A DNA stretch of 59,378 nt, the filler included. It is 5 parts of 5 records of this genome, joined end to end, with 100 filler letters (N's around TTAATTAATTAA, not from the genome) between each part and the next. Parts side by side here need not be neighbours in the genome. Positions count along the whole stretch, not along the records: positions 17,462 to 39,789 come from DRR723986_9182; positions 39,890 to 46,432 come from DRR723986_9183; positions 46,533 to 51,711 come from DRR723986_9197; 2 more parts are not named here. One strand, given 5' to 3'. The notes beneath the pieces are model-generated. The model was not told where the DNA came from. It worked only from the letters and a program-made list of their open reading frames with translations, and searched no databases. Both the position numbers and the translations under genes were made by a program. Shown piece after piece: positions 38,643-48,367 of this stretch. The stretch's first letter is position 1. Each line of letters begins with the position of its first letter.

Positions 38643-39245
38643 ATGAAAAACGTCTTTGGAAGACTCAGGATCTCATTGGCCCAGTGTTTGGCGTTGCTGA
38701 CTCTGATTGCCATTTGGTCGACGGTCTACAGATTGAGGACCGAGTCAGGCCGCATGCGGCATGAACTCGAAACCTACAGCGCCTTCAAACCGGTGCTACT
38801 CATTGATGACTTTTCGAAGCTCACTGTCTTGGAAGAACCAAAGAATTGGGATCACGAAATCGCGTGGCAAATCTACGTGCCAAGTGGAAGCCGTTTACAA
38901 CTTCGTGCAAGTCATCAAAAACAGGCTACCGAATCGGTCGACCCATCGGAGGTTGTCGTTGATCTGCCAGTTGGGCGACATCGCATCGCGTTCAAACACG
39001 CTTTCCCCATGAGTTTTAGAGCTAATGCAACTCCTAAGGAGTATCTCTATCTGCTTGTCGACGAAAACCAGTTAGTACTGGACAGCCGAGAGGTTGAGGA
39101 CGCCGTAAACCAGATGAAAATTCCGCGGCAAAGTCTCAAAGGCCAGCGTTACGAACGGTCGCCCCAAGAACCTCTGACAATTCTTCATCCCACGAAGCCC
39201 AAACACTTACCCTGGTCGCTGACTCTTGAACCTAGCAAGCTCTGA
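38643..39245 (+). CDS. Planctomycete hypothetical membrane-anchored protein
   Basis: RLRISLAQCLALLTLIAIW leader typical of planctomycete proteins; WQIYVP motif. Confidence 0.7.
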   Translation: MKNVFGRLRISLAQCLALLTLIAIWSTVYRLRTESGRMRHELETYSAFKPVLLIDDFSKLTVLEEPKNWDHEIAWQIYVPSGSRLQLRASHQKQATESVDPSEVVVDLPVGRHRIAFKHAFPMSFRANATPKEYLYLLVDENQLVLDSREVEDAVNQMKIPRQSLKGQRYERSPQEPLTILHPTKPKHLPWSLTLEPSKL

Positions 39246-39472
39246 TGTTTGTTGGCAGCACGCCTAGCACAGCAACGCCCCAAGGGGCCAGCAAGCGACC
39301 GAGAATGTCGAAACTCTCACCGGATTCGCCCTTTCTGTACCGATACTACAACTTCGTCTTTCAAGCAGAGTTGCTAGGATGTACAATTCGACCGCTCTTC
39401 GAGCCGGGACACGGTGGCACATCCATTACGGAGGCCTCCAACCGTTACTTTTCGCCCGAAGAAAAAGCATCC

Positions 39473-39555
39473 GGAGGGTATCCGAATGGTTAGGAAGCTG
39501 ATTCGAAATCAGTCGCTGGTTCGCCCAGTTGCGGGTTCGAGTCCCGTGCCCTCCG
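39473..39555 (+). tRNA. tRNA-Ser(CGA)
   Basis: GGAGGGT acceptor, GCTGA-TTCGAAA-TCAGT anticodon arm, long variable arm, GGTTCGAGTCC, GCCCTCCG. Confidence 0.92.
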
Positions 39556-39560
39556 CTTGA

Positions 39561-39598
39561 AAAAGTCGCGTTTCTTTCTGAGAAACGCGGCTTTTTTT
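39561..39598 (+). terminator. Rho-independent terminator after tRNA-Ser
   Basis: AGTCGCGTTTCT / AGAAACGCGGCT stem plus T-run. Confidence 0.85.
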
Positions 39599-39789
39599 AT
39601 GCCTTCGACGAAAGCAGGTGTCTCGCCAACGCAAACCCACCTCCACTGCTTGCAGGCGAGGTCAGCCGGTCACAGGCGCCCAGCATTGGTCGTCCGCTGG
39701 GCGGGGCCTAAGTCCATTCTGTTCTTCCCATCACCCCACGCACCCACCTGCTCTTCCGCGAACAGTCACCTCCACCGCTTGCGGGGGAG

Positions 39790-39889
39790 NNNNNNNNNNN
39801 NNNNNNNNNNNNNNNNNNNNNNNNNNNNNNNNNTTAATTAATTAANNNNNNNNNNNNNNNNNNNNNNNNNNNNNNNNNNNNNNNNNNNN
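39790..39889. other. Artificial contig spacer
   Basis: N-run around TTAATTAATTAA. Confidence 0.99.
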
Positions 39890-39916
39890 TCCGCTTCCTC
39901 CCTTAGTTTCGCGGTC

Positions 39917-40096
39917 TTATTCGTCTGCGTTGCGCCGGGCCTCCGATTTCAGGATGCCAAACACGAACGTCACGGATGTCAGGAAGAGGACGATCATTTC
40001 AGAAACATCGCCCATGAATGCGGCGTCGGCTAACGCGCCAAGCACCACATTGGTCAAGAAGATCAGAAACAAAACGGCTGAAGCTGCGAAGACCAT
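39917..40096 (-). CDS. 59-aa two-helix membrane protein, first gene of a LacI-controlled operon (below the ORF-track cutoff)
   Basis: GGGAGG RBS; MVFAASAVLFLIFLTNVVLGALADAAFMGDVSEMIVLFLTSVTFVFGILKSEARRNADE*; a second GGGAGG follows before the contig end. Confidence 0.75.
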   Translation of the reverse strand: MVFAASAVLFLIFLTNVVLGALADAAFMGDVSEMIVLFLTSVTFVFGILKSEARRNADE

Positions 40097-40135
40097 GGTT
40101 CCTCCCGAACTCGGCTTTTGTGCCGATTCGAGATG

Positions 40136-40173
40136 AGTGTAAGCGCTTACACTGAGCCTTGCAAGCGCTTACA
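40136..40173. promoter_or_regulatory. Tandem LacI-family operators
   Basis: Perfect palindrome AGTGTAAGCGCTTACACT (40136-40153) and TGCAAGCGCTTACA (40160-40173). Confidence 0.85.
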
Positions 40174-40251
40174 CTTGTGCTTTGGCCTCGTCCCGCCTTA
40201 ACGTACACGATAAGGACAGCCGATAAGCAAAACAAAGGCTACGACTCTGAC

Positions 40252-41289
40252 ATGACCGCCAAGGCCCCACAGGCGCCTCGCCCCGTTCCCACATTGGAGG
40301 ATGTCGCCCGTCTGGCAGGTGTTTCGACGGCCACTGTCTCTCGCTGTCTGAACACGCCGGATCGGGTTGTGAAATCGACGCGCGAACGGGTTATGGCGGC
40401 GGTCGATCAGTTGGGCTACGCGCCCAATTTCGGGGCGCGGGCACTGGCCGCAAAACGGACCAACACCATCGGCGCGATCATTCCGACGATGGAGAACGCT
40501 ATTTTCGCGCGGGGCCTGCAAGCGTTTCAGGAAGAACTCGGCCTCAATGGCATGACCCTGCTTGTCGCCAGTTCCTCTTACAACGAGGACGTGGAGCGCG
40601 AACAGATCCGCACCCTTTGCGCCCGTGGGGCGGATGCCCTGCTGTTGATCGGCCATCACCGCAGCCAGGAAACGCTGAACTTTCTGGAGGCGCGCTCGGT
40701 TCCGGTTCTGGTGGCCTGGGTCTATGACCCCGCCATTTCGCAACCCTCGATCGGGTTCGACAATCGCGCGGCAATGCGTGAGATGGCAGAACTGGTGATC
40801 AGCAAGGGTCATCGGCGGCTTGGGGTGATCTCGGCCCCGTGCGCGTCCAACGATCGCGCCAGTGAACGACTGTCCGGCATCCAAGAGGCGATGGCCGCGC
40901 ATGGCATGTCGGCCGACGCCCTGGCGCTGATCGAAACGCCCTATTCCATCGAAAACGGCAGCCAGACGTTCCGGCAGATGATGACCACCCCAACCCCGCC
41001 AACCGCCATCATGTGCGGTAATGACGTTCTGGCCGTCGGGGCCCTGCGTGCCGCGCGCGAGATGGGGTTGTCGGTGCCCGGTGACGTCTCGATCACCGGC
41101 TTTGATGATATCGAACTGGCGCAACTGGTCAGTCCGCCGCTGACAACCGTCCATGTCCCGCATCGCGATATGGGTCGGATGGCGGCGCGGCTGCTGGTCC
41201 AGCAACTCAACGGCGACGGCCCTGTCGGCAGCGTCAGGCTGAACACCTATCTGTGCGAGCGCGAAACGCTCGGCCCCGCGCCGGACTGA
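40252..41289 (+). CDS. LacI-family transcriptional regulator
   Basis: TLEDVARLAGVSTATVSRCLN, YAPNFGARAL, GFDD, LTTV. Confidence 0.95.
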   Translation: MTAKAPQAPRPVPTLEDVARLAGVSTATVSRCLNTPDRVVKSTRERVMAAVDQLGYAPNFGARALAAKRTNTIGAIIPTMENAIFARGLQAFQEELGLNGMTLLVASSSYNEDVEREQIRTLCARGADALLLIGHHRSQETLNFLEARSVPVLVAWVYDPAISQPSIGFDNRAAMREMAELVISKGHRRLGVISAPCASNDRASERLSGIQEAMAAHGMSADALALIETPYSIENGSQTFRQMMTTPTPPTAIMCGNDVLAVGALRAAREMGLSVPGDVSITGFDDIELAQLVSPPLTTVHVPHRDMGRMAARLLVQQLNGDGPVGSVRLNTYLCERETLGPAPD

Positions 41290-41292
41290 GGA

Positions 41293-42144
41293 TCACATGG
41301 CCTGATAGGCCTTGCGCACCATTTCGGCCAGCGCCTGCACCGGTTCGTCCTTGGCCATCTCGGCCCCATACATATTGATCTTGATGGTCGGCAGGTTGGG
41401 CAATGCCCCGCCGTGGCGGATGCGTTCGACATAGGGCGGTTCTGCCCCTTCGACACAGGCGTGAACCGCCAGATCGGCGCTGATCGAGGCCTCAACGGTG
41501 CGGGAATTGTCGCTTTCCACGGCCATTTCCCAAGAAATCCCGGCGCGGTCCAGCGCCTCCTGCACGGGCTTGCGGAAGATGCACAGCTGTTCAAAGGCCA
41601 GCCGCAGGGGGCGTTGGCGCCATTCGTTGCCCTTGATCGCCCCCACCCAGACAAGCGGGCGTTCCTGCAATGTCTCGCCACCGCTATCGAGCGCGGATTC
41701 CGTGGTCAGGGCCAGATGCACCTCGCCCCGTTCCAGCATCCGGCGTAGTCGAGAGGTGTAGGAACTGACCAATTGCACCTTCATGCGCGGAAAGGCGGCG
41801 TTGAAGCGGTGCAGCACCTGCGGGATCGCCGGGTAAACGATATCGTGCGGCACCCCCAGAAACAGTTCACCCTCATAGTCGCGCGAAGTCAGCCGCGTCA
41901 GCACTTCGTCATTCAGGTCAAGCATCCGGCGCGCATAGCTCAGCATCTGTTCGCCCGCATTGGTCAGCGCCATCTTGCGGGCAGATCGATCCAGCAGCGA
42001 CACGCCGATGCTTTCCTCAAGCCGCTTCAACTGCATCGACACGGCTGATTGGGTCAGGTTCAGCAAACCGCTGGCCTTGGTGACGCCGCCTGCATCGGCA
42101 ACGGTGACGAAAGCCCTGAGGGCGGTCATGTCCAGGTTGCGCAT
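41293..42144 (-). CDS. LysR-family transcriptional regulator
   Basis: LRAFVTVA..GGVTKA...LNLTQSAVSMQLKRLEE. Confidence 0.95.
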   Translation of the reverse strand: MRNLDMTALRAFVTVADAGGVTKASGLLNLTQSAVSMQLKRLEESIGVSLLDRSARKMALTNAGEQMLSYARRMLDLNDEVLTRLTSRDYEGELFLGVPHDIVYPAIPQVLHRFNAAFPRMKVQLVSSYTSRLRRMLERGEVHLALTTESALDSGGETLQERPLVWVGAIKGNEWRQRPLRLAFEQLCIFRKPVQEALDRAGISWEMAVESDNSRTVEASISADLAVHACVEGAEPPYVERIRHGGALPNLPTIKINMYGAEMAKDEPVQALAEMVRKAYQAM

Positions 42145-42145
42145 C

Positions 42146-42162
42146 CATCAAGCCTTGTGATG
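42146..42162. promoter_or_regulatory. LysR T-N11-A binding site
   Basis: CATCA-N7-TGATG immediately upstream of the lysR start. Confidence 0.6.
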
Positions 42163-42262
42163 TTAAGTTTCAAAAACATTCATTTTTATAATGCACAACC
42201 GCCCCCTATGTATCAAGCATCGAAATATGAAGCTCGCCGACAATCACGAACAGGAACCTCCC

Positions 42263-42475
42263 ATGGCCCAGACTCTCGCCCGATTCTCCGTTTCCGCCCC
42301 CCGCCGCGTTGGTGGGATCGCCTTTTTCCGCGCCGCCATTGCCGCCTGGCGTCAGCGCCGCGCGCTGGAGCGTCTGGATGCAAATGCCCGCCGCGACCTG
42401 GGCCTGACCTGCGCCGATGTGGCCCGCGAATCGTCGCGTCCCGCATGGGATGTGCCGCAAAGCTGGGTGCTCTAG
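42263..42475 (+). CDS. DUF1127 small protein
   Basis: AWRQRRALERLD...RDLGLT.ADV.RE..RPAWD; divergent from LysR. Confidence 0.9.
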   Translation: MAQTLARFSVSAPRRVGGIAFFRAAIAAWRQRRALERLDANARRDLGLTCADVARESSRPAWDVPQSWVL

Positions 42476-42622
42476 GCCACAATCAGCGCAATCGCCGCAA
42501 AAAGACTGCCTCTCCCTGTCCGGCGACGCTTGAAATAACGCCCTGTCTTACCGATATTGTCAGGTAAGGCGGGGCGTTTGTCGTTTCCGCCGCAAAACAT
42601 ATGCCTTTCTTCGGAGGACCAG

Positions 42623-43405
42623 ATGGCACAATTCGACACGATCCGCGCCGGAGCCGGTGGCGTCAGCGCCGCCCAGATCGACGCGGGCCTGCGCGCCCAC
42701 ATGAACAAGGTCTACGCGACCATGTCCATCGGCATGCTCATTACAGCGCTTGCTGCATGGGCCATTGCGGGCCTTGCCGTGACCACCGATCCCGTGGGCG
42801 CAACCTACATGATTCGCGAAGGCGAGTACCTGTCCGGTCTGGGTGAGGCGCTGTTCCTCAGCCCGCTGAAATGGGTTCTGATGTTCGGCCCTCTGGCCTT
42901 CCTGTTCTTCGGCTGGGGCGCATTGATGAGCCGTGGCTCGGCGGCTGCCGTGTCGCTCGGCTTCTTCATCTTCGCCGCTGCAATCGGCGTCTCGATGAGC
43001 TCGATCTTCCTCGTCTACACCGATTTCTCGATCGCGCAGACCTTCATCGTGACCGCAATCGCCTTCGCATCGCTCAGCCTCTATGGCTACACGACGAAGC
43101 GCAACCTGTCGGGCATGGGCACCTTCCTGATGATGGGTGTGATCGGTCTGCTCATGGCGATGATCGTGAACCTGTTCCTGCAATCGGGCGTCATGATGAT
43201 GGCGATCTCCGCCATTGGTGTGTTGATCTTCGCGGGCCTGACGGCGTTCTACACGCAGGACATCAAGAACACCTACGTCGCGCATGCTGTGCATGGCGAT
43301 CAGGAATGGCTTGAAAAGGCGGCCATCGACGGCGCGCTCAGCCTCTACATCAGCTTCCTGAACATGTTCCAGTTCCTGCTGATGTTCATGGGCTCTCAGG
43401 AATAA
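42623..43405 (+). CDS. Bax inhibitor-1/YccA family membrane protein
   Basis: IDAGLRAHMNKVY, LSLYGYTTKR.LS, ALSLYISFLNMF; GGAGG RBS. Confidence 0.92.
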   Translation: MAQFDTIRAGAGGVSAAQIDAGLRAHMNKVYATMSIGMLITALAAWAIAGLAVTTDPVGATYMIREGEYLSGLGEALFLSPLKWVLMFGPLAFLFFGWGALMSRGSAAAVSLGFFIFAAAIGVSMSSIFLVYTDFSIAQTFIVTAIAFASLSLYGYTTKRNLSGMGTFLMMGVIGLLMAMIVNLFLQSGVMMMAISAIGVLIFAGLTAFYTQDIKNTYVAHAVHGDQEWLEKAAIDGALSLYISFLNMFQFLLMFMGSQE

Positions 43406-43428
43406 ACCAAGTCTGAACGACACGATTT

Positions 43429-43454
43429 AAGGCCGGGGATCACCCCCGGCCTTT
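43429..43454 (+). terminator. Rho-independent terminator
   Basis: AAGGCCGGGG / CCCCGGCCTT stem plus T-rich tail. Confidence 0.8.
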
Positions 43455-43518
43455 GTCTTTGTCCGCTGACGCCATGTCGGTGGTTCCCTTGCCGCCCGGC
43501 GCCGCTACCTTGATATCC

Positions 43519-44250
43519 ATGGACCGCCTGCTAGCCCCGCTTCTGTCCCCACTCCTGATCGCGCAGGCCCTGCGCCTGCGTGCCCGTGCCCTGCGGCTGC
43601 CGGAACCGCCCGGTCCGCGCAGCGGAAATCTGGGCAATGGCCCGCCCCTGCGCCTGTTGATCCTTGGTGACAGTTCTGCCGCCGGGGTGGGTGCGCCGCA
43701 TCAGGATCAAGCCCTGAGCGGCCAGCTGACCGCAGCACTCGCCCCCCATTGCAGGCTGATCTGGCGGCTGGAGGCCAAAACCGGCGCCACCAGCCGCAGC
43801 ACCTTGGCCAATCTGCAAGCCCTGCCCCCAACTCCATGCGATGTCGTGCTGCTGGTCCTGGGCGTCAATGACGTGACCAGCTTTGCACCGCTCCGCCGTG
43901 TTCTGGCAGATCGGGCCACCATCGCACAGACGCTTCACGCCCGGTTCGGCACCCCGAGGCTGCTAATCACCGGCATTCCGCCCCTGGCGCGCTTCCCGCT
44001 GCTGCCTGACCCATTGCGCTGGATACTGGGCCAGCGGGCGGCCCGTCTGGACCGGGCCCTGTCCGATCAGGCCCGCATGGCCGGGCACGCCTATCTTCCC
44101 TTCGCCATGCCGATGCAGCCCGACCTGATGGCAGAGGACGGCTTTCATCCCTCTGCGCTGGCCTATGCCCAATGGGCGGCGGCGTTGCGCCCCCATCTGC
44201 TGGAAACGCCCCTTACAGCGCCCGGATCATCCGCACCGCGGGAAAGCTGA
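43519..44250 (+). CDS. SGNH/GDSL hydrolase
   Basis: LGDSSAAGVG, GVND, DGFHP. Confidence 0.9.
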   Translation: MDRLLAPLLSPLLIAQALRLRARALRLPEPPGPRSGNLGNGPPLRLLILGDSSAAGVGAPHQDQALSGQLTAALAPHCRLIWRLEAKTGATSRSTLANLQALPPTPCDVVLLVLGVNDVTSFAPLRRVLADRATIAQTLHARFGTPRLLITGIPPLARFPLLPDPLRWILGQRAARLDRALSDQARMAGHAYLPFAMPMQPDLMAEDGFHPSALAYAQWAAALRPHLLETPLTAPGSSAPRES

Positions 44251-44719
44251 CCTCGGGTGTCATGGCGATGACCTCCTCGCGGTCTGCTGCAAAGCCCATG
44301 GCGGCGTAAAACGGCACCGCTGTCAAAGTGGACAGCGCCACAAGATGGGTCAGCCCGGCCCCCTGCGCCTGATCGAAACAATGCTGTAGCAGGGCGGCCG
44401 CCAACCCCTGGCGCGTGGCGTCTGGATGGGTCACGACGTGGCGGATATGGCCTGTTCCTTCAGGCTCGCGCTGTTGCGGGCTGTCAGCCGTCCAACCACC
44501 CGCCGCCAAGGGCGCACCTCCCAAGGTGGGCTCCACCAGATAATAACTGCCCGACACCAGCAGCGCAGGGTTGGCCTGTGCAATCAACGGCAGGGCCCGC
44601 ACCAGCAAGTCCGGGGCATAATCGGGGGCCAGCAACACCGGATAGCTTGCTGCCAACAGACGGGTCAGCGCGTCACGGTCCCCTGCCTGCGCCGCTCGCA
44701 TGCAATACCTGTCATCCAT
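44213..44719 (-). CDS. GNAT N-acetyltransferase
   Basis: HIRHVVTHPDATRQGLA, AVPFYAAMGF. Confidence 0.88.
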   Translation of the reverse strand: MDDRYCMRAAQAGDRDALTRLLAASYPVLLAPDYAPDLLVRALPLIAQANPALLVSGSYYLVEPTLGGAPLAAGGWTADSPQQREPEGTGHIRHVVTHPDATRQGLAAALLQHCFDQAQGAGLTHLVALSTLTAVPFYAAMGFAADREEVIAMTPEVSFPAVRMIRAL

Positions 44720-44730
44720 GGCACCTCTGC

Positions 44731-44772
44731 AAAAAGAAACCGGGCCGCAGCTGGTGACAGCGCGGCCCGGTT
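44731..44772 (-). terminator. Terminator after rpmG
   Basis: AACCGGGCCGC / GCGGCCCGGTT stem plus T-tract on the minus strand. Confidence 0.75.
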
Positions 44773-44797
44773 GAAAACGATCCTGGAAAGGGTCAGA

Positions 44798-44965
44798 TCA
44801 CTTGATCTTGCCTTCCTTGTATTCCACGTGCTTGCGCACAACCGGGTCGTACTTCCGTACGGTCATTTTCTCGGTCATCGTACGTGCATTCTTCTTGGTC
44901 ACATAGAAGTGGCCAGTGCCCGCCGTGGAATTCAGGCGGATCTTGATGGTGGTCGGCTTCGCCAT
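44798..44965 (-). CDS. rpmG: 50S ribosomal protein L33
   Basis: [26 protein letters not shown]...[26 protein letters not shown]. Confidence 0.97.
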   Translation of the reverse strand: MAKPTTIKIRLNSTAGTGHFYVTKKNARTMTEKMTVRKYDPVVRKHVEYKEGKIK

Positions 44966-45058
44966 GTCAAACTCCTGCAAAGCGGGGCGCGGGGGGCAGA
45001 CTACCCATGCGCTCGTATCTCTGGTTGAGCGCGTCTTTTACCCTTGCGCCATGTGGTG

Positions 45059-46339
45059 TCAACCGAAAAGGGGCAGAAATCCGAGGCTCCAGACCGCACC
45101 GGCCCCCGCCATCACTGCCAGAACGGCCAGAAGGTCCATTTTGCGCAGCAGAAGCAGCCAACCTGCAAGCCCCGCCAGCAGAATCGCCCCGATGTCGATA
45201 CTGGAAGGGATGGGCAGCCAGAGCGTGGCCGGGCCAAGCGCCACTTCACTGACTTCGGCAAAAAAGACATGCAGCGCGAACCAGAGCGAGAGGTTCAGAA
45301 TCACCCCGACCACAGCGGCAGTAATCCCCGACAAAGCCCCGTTCAGACGCGGTTGCGCGGTGATCCATTCCACATAAGGCGCAAAGGCAAAGATCCACAA
45401 AAAGCACGGCACGAAGGTGACCCACAGCGTGACAAGCGCCGCCAGCACGCCAAGACCCAACCCGCCCCGCCCGGCACCGGCCAGAAAGCCCACGAATTCC
45501 GTCACCAGAATTAACGGCCCCGGCGTGGTTTCCGCCAGCCCGAGCGCATCCATCATCTGCCCTGTGGTCAGCCAGCCGAAATCGCCCACAACCTGCTGCA
45601 CCATATAGGCCAGCACCGCATAGGCCCCGCCAAAGGTGACGACGGCCAGCTTCGAGAAAAACAGCCCCACCTCGGTCAGCAGGCTACCCGGCGCGATCAG
45701 CCACAAAAGCGCAAGTGGCCCCAGCCACAACGCGCCCCAGATCAAAACAACGCGCAAGGTGCGTGTCGGGGATACCGCCAGCACCGGGGCGTCATCCGCC
45801 TCTCTGCCCATGAAGGCCGCACCGATCCCGGCTGCAATTCCGATGATCAGCGGAAAGGGCAGCCCAAAGGCAAAAAGCCCCAGAAAGGCCAGTGCCGCCA
45901 AGCCATAGGGCAACGCGCCTTTCAGTGCCTTGCGGCTGACGCGAAGCAGCGCCTCGATGACGACGACGATGACCGTGGCCTTGATGCCCAGAAACAGGGC
46001 CGCCACCAGCGGCACCTGCCCAAACCCCGCATAAAGCGCCGCCAGCAGCATCACCAGCGCGGCACCCGGTGCCACGAATAGCCCACCCGCGATCAACCCG
46101 CCCCGCGTGCCATCCAGCCGCCAGCCCGCATAGGTCGCCAGTTGCATCGCCTCTGGCCCGGGCAACAGCATGGTGAAGGACAGGGCACCCAGAAACTGCC
46201 GTTCGCTCAGCCAGTCCCGGCGTTCCACCAGTTCCCGGTGCATCAATGCAATCTGCGCCGCGGGTCCGCCAAAGGACAAAACCCCGATCCGCCCGAAAAC
46301 GCGGATCAGCTCCGCCACCCCTTGCCGCCGCATCTGCAT
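45059..46339 (-). CDS. chrA: Chromate efflux transporter (long-chain CHR)
   Basis: SFGGPAAQIALMH, LPGPEA, TFGGAYAVL, ETTPGP; start codon uncertain. Confidence 0.9.
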   Translation of the reverse strand: MQMRRQGVAELIRVFGRIGVLSFGGPAAQIALMHRELVERRDWLSERQFLGALSFTMLLPGPEAMQLATYAGWRLDGTRGGLIAGGLFVAPGAALVMLLAALYAGFGQVPLVAALFLGIKATVIVVVIEALLRVSRKALKGALPYGLAALAFLGLFAFGLPFPLIIGIAAGIGAAFMGREADDAPVLAVSPTRTLRVVLIWGALWLGPLALLWLIAPGSLLTEVGLFFSKLAVVTFGGAYAVLAYMVQQVVGDFGWLTTGQMMDALGLAETTPGPLILVTEFVGFLAGAGRGGLGLGVLAALVTLWVTFVPCFLWIFAFAPYVEWITAQPRLNGALSGITAAVVGVILNLSLWFALHVFFAEVSEVALGPATLWLPIPSSIDIGAILLAGLAGWLLLLRKMDLLAVLAVMAGAGAVWSLGFLPLFG

Positions 46340-46405
46340 CCCGGCTCCATTGCTTCTGCGTCCCGTCCCAGAAACCGGGATCACAGCCAGAACGCAACCC
46401 CTGCC

Positions 46406-46427
46406 CTTCTTCTTGGCCCAAATACTC
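46406..46427 (+). repeat. Rhodobacteraceae intergenic repeat core
   Basis: CTTCTTCTTGGCCCAAATACTC, identical at 59009-59030; the contig breaks 5 nt later. Confidence 0.75.
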
Positions 46428-46432
46428 CCGCC

Positions 46433-46532
46433 NNNNNNNNNNNNNNNNNNNNNNNNNNNNNNNNNNNNNNNNNNNNTTAATTAATTAANNNNNNNNNNNN
46501 NNNNNNNNNNNNNNNNNNNNNNNNNNNNNNNN
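46433..46532. other. Artificial contig spacer
   Basis: N-run around TTAATTAATTAA. Confidence 0.99.
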
Positions 46533-47192
46533 CTGGTAGTTGGTGAACAGCACGTGGTTCTGGAAATGCGCCGGGTCGGTGGCGGTGTAATGCGCCAGCC
46601 GCGCCAGCGAGTAATCGACCCGCTGCGCGCTGAAAGGCGCCAGCGGCGCCGCCCCGTCCCCGGCCAGCCCCGCCACGCCGTTGACGATGTCGTCGTTGGT
46701 GGACGCCAGATCCGGCACGTCGAAGACATCGCGCAACACGAAGGCCCCCGCCCCCTCCTGCGGCACGGTGATCTCGGGGAAATTGGCCACGGCGAAATGC
46801 ACCGGCATCGGCGTGTCGGACAGACCCACCTGCACCTTGACCCCGTGGTTTTCCAACAGCAGCCCGATCTGCTGCGCGAGGTAACCCTTGAACATGCCCG
46901 GCCGTGTCACCGTGGTGGCATAGGTCCCCGGCGCGGTCACATGGCCGAAGGACAGGCGGCTGTCGACCTTGGCGTAGCTGACCGTGCTGAACCGGATCTC
47001 GGGATAGAAGGCACGGTAGCGCCGCCCCGGGTGACCGGAGGCCATGGCCTCCATGAAGCGGTCGCGCAGGAAGGTCGCGGCCTCGTCATACAGCGCGCAA
47101 AGCCGCGCCACGGCGGCCTTGGGATCGTCGAACATCTCCGGCGCGGGCGCCTCGGGCGTCTCGACGGGAAGGGAATGGGGATGGTCCTGCAT
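46533..47192 (-). CDS. amn: AMP nucleosidase, 5' part (truncated by the contig end)
   Basis: YPEIRF...DSRLSFGHV..PG.Y, RVDYSLARLAHYTAT.P.HFQNHVLFTNYQ. Confidence 0.92.
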
Positions 47193-47278
47193 GGGGACTC
47201 CTTTTCGGGGCAAACTCTCACTTCGCGCGCCTGCGATCAAGACGGGAACCGCGATAGGCACCACGGGGTTTCACGGCC

Positions 47279-48268
47279 ATGAACGCCGCACCCCGCCTGA
47301 CCTTCTATCCAGACAGCCGCCCCGGCATCCGCCGGGAACGGCGCGGACGCGGCTTCAGCTACATCGCTCCGGACGGCACCCGCATCGACGCGGCAACCGA
47401 GCGTGCCCGCATCGCCGCGCTCGCCGTGCCCCCCGCCTACGAGGACGTCTGGATCTGCCCGCGCGACGACGGCCACCTGCAGGCGACGGGGCGCGACGCC
47501 CGCGCCCGCAAACAATATCGCTATCACCCGGACTGGCGCGCCTTCCGCGAGGCGCGCAAATACGACCAGCTTGCCACCTTCGGAGCGGCGCTCCCCGCGC
47601 TCCGTCGCCACATCCGCCGCACCCTTCGGCACGCCGAACCCGGCGATCAGGCCTTCGCCATCGCGGCCATCCTCGCGCTGATCGACCGCGCCTCGCTGCG
47701 CGTGGGCTCTCCGGGCTACGCGAAGGAGAACCGCACCTTTGGCGCCACGACCCTGCGCCACCGCCACCTTGCGCTCGACGGCGACGAGATCAAACTCACC
47801 TATCGCGCCAAGGGCGGACTCTTGGTGCGCAAGACGCTGAAGGACGCCACGCTGAACCGAACGCTGGCGCGGCTGGACGACCTGCCCGGCCCGGAACTGG
47901 CCTCGTGGATCGACGAGGGCGGCACCCCGCGCGCCGTTACCGCCGGAGAGGTCAACGCCGTCCTCGCGGGGCAGATCGGGGCCGAGGGGCTGACCGCCAA
48001 GACCTTCCGCACGTGGAACGGCTCCGCCGCCGCCCTCTCGGTCGCTTTGAAAGAGGAATACCTCACCATCAAGGCCATGACCGAAGCCGCCGCCGAGCGC
48101 CTCGCCAACACCCCGGCCATCGCCCGCAAGAGCTACATCCACCCCGAGGTCATCGCCCTGGCCGAAACCCCGTGGGAAGAGCGCCGCGCCCTCCTGAAGG
48201 CCCCCGGCCAACGCGGGCTCCGACAGGCAGAGGCCGCTCTGCTGCACCTCCTCGAACGCGACAGCTGA
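47279..48268 (+). CDS. Bacterial (poxvirus-like) DNA topoisomerase IB
   Basis: VPPAYEDVWI, GHLQATGRDA..RKQYRYH, LRVG, KGG, KTFRTW, LANTPAIARKSY. Confidence 0.92.
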   Translation: MNAAPRLTFYPDSRPGIRRERRGRGFSYIAPDGTRIDAATERARIAALAVPPAYEDVWICPRDDGHLQATGRDARARKQYRYHPDWRAFREARKYDQLATFGAALPALRRHIRRTLRHAEPGDQAFAIAAILALIDRASLRVGSPGYAKENRTFGATTLRHRHLALDGDEIKLTYRAKGGLLVRKTLKDATLNRTLARLDDLPGPELASWIDEGGTPRAVTAGEVNAVLAGQIGAEGLTAKTFRTWNGSAAALSVALKEEYLTIKAMTEAAAERLANTPAIARKSYIHPEVIALAETPWEERRALLKAPGQRGLRQAEAALLHLLERDS

Positions 48269-48367
48269 CCGACGCGCCGCCCGGGGCTCCCTTTCTGCAA
48301 GAATGGACTCCCGCCGAAGGCGTCCCGCCCCGCCTCGCAAGCGCCCCTCCCATCAAGACACACCTGT

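Noticed and set aside
39473..39789. tRNA-Ser as a prophage or island attachment site
   Set aside because: No integrase and no duplicated tRNA 3' end before the contig ends
42476..42620. Cuckoo/CcsR-type sRNAs that often follow DUF1127 genes
   Set aside because: No repeated CCTCCTCCC hairpin loops; only one partial CCTCTCCC
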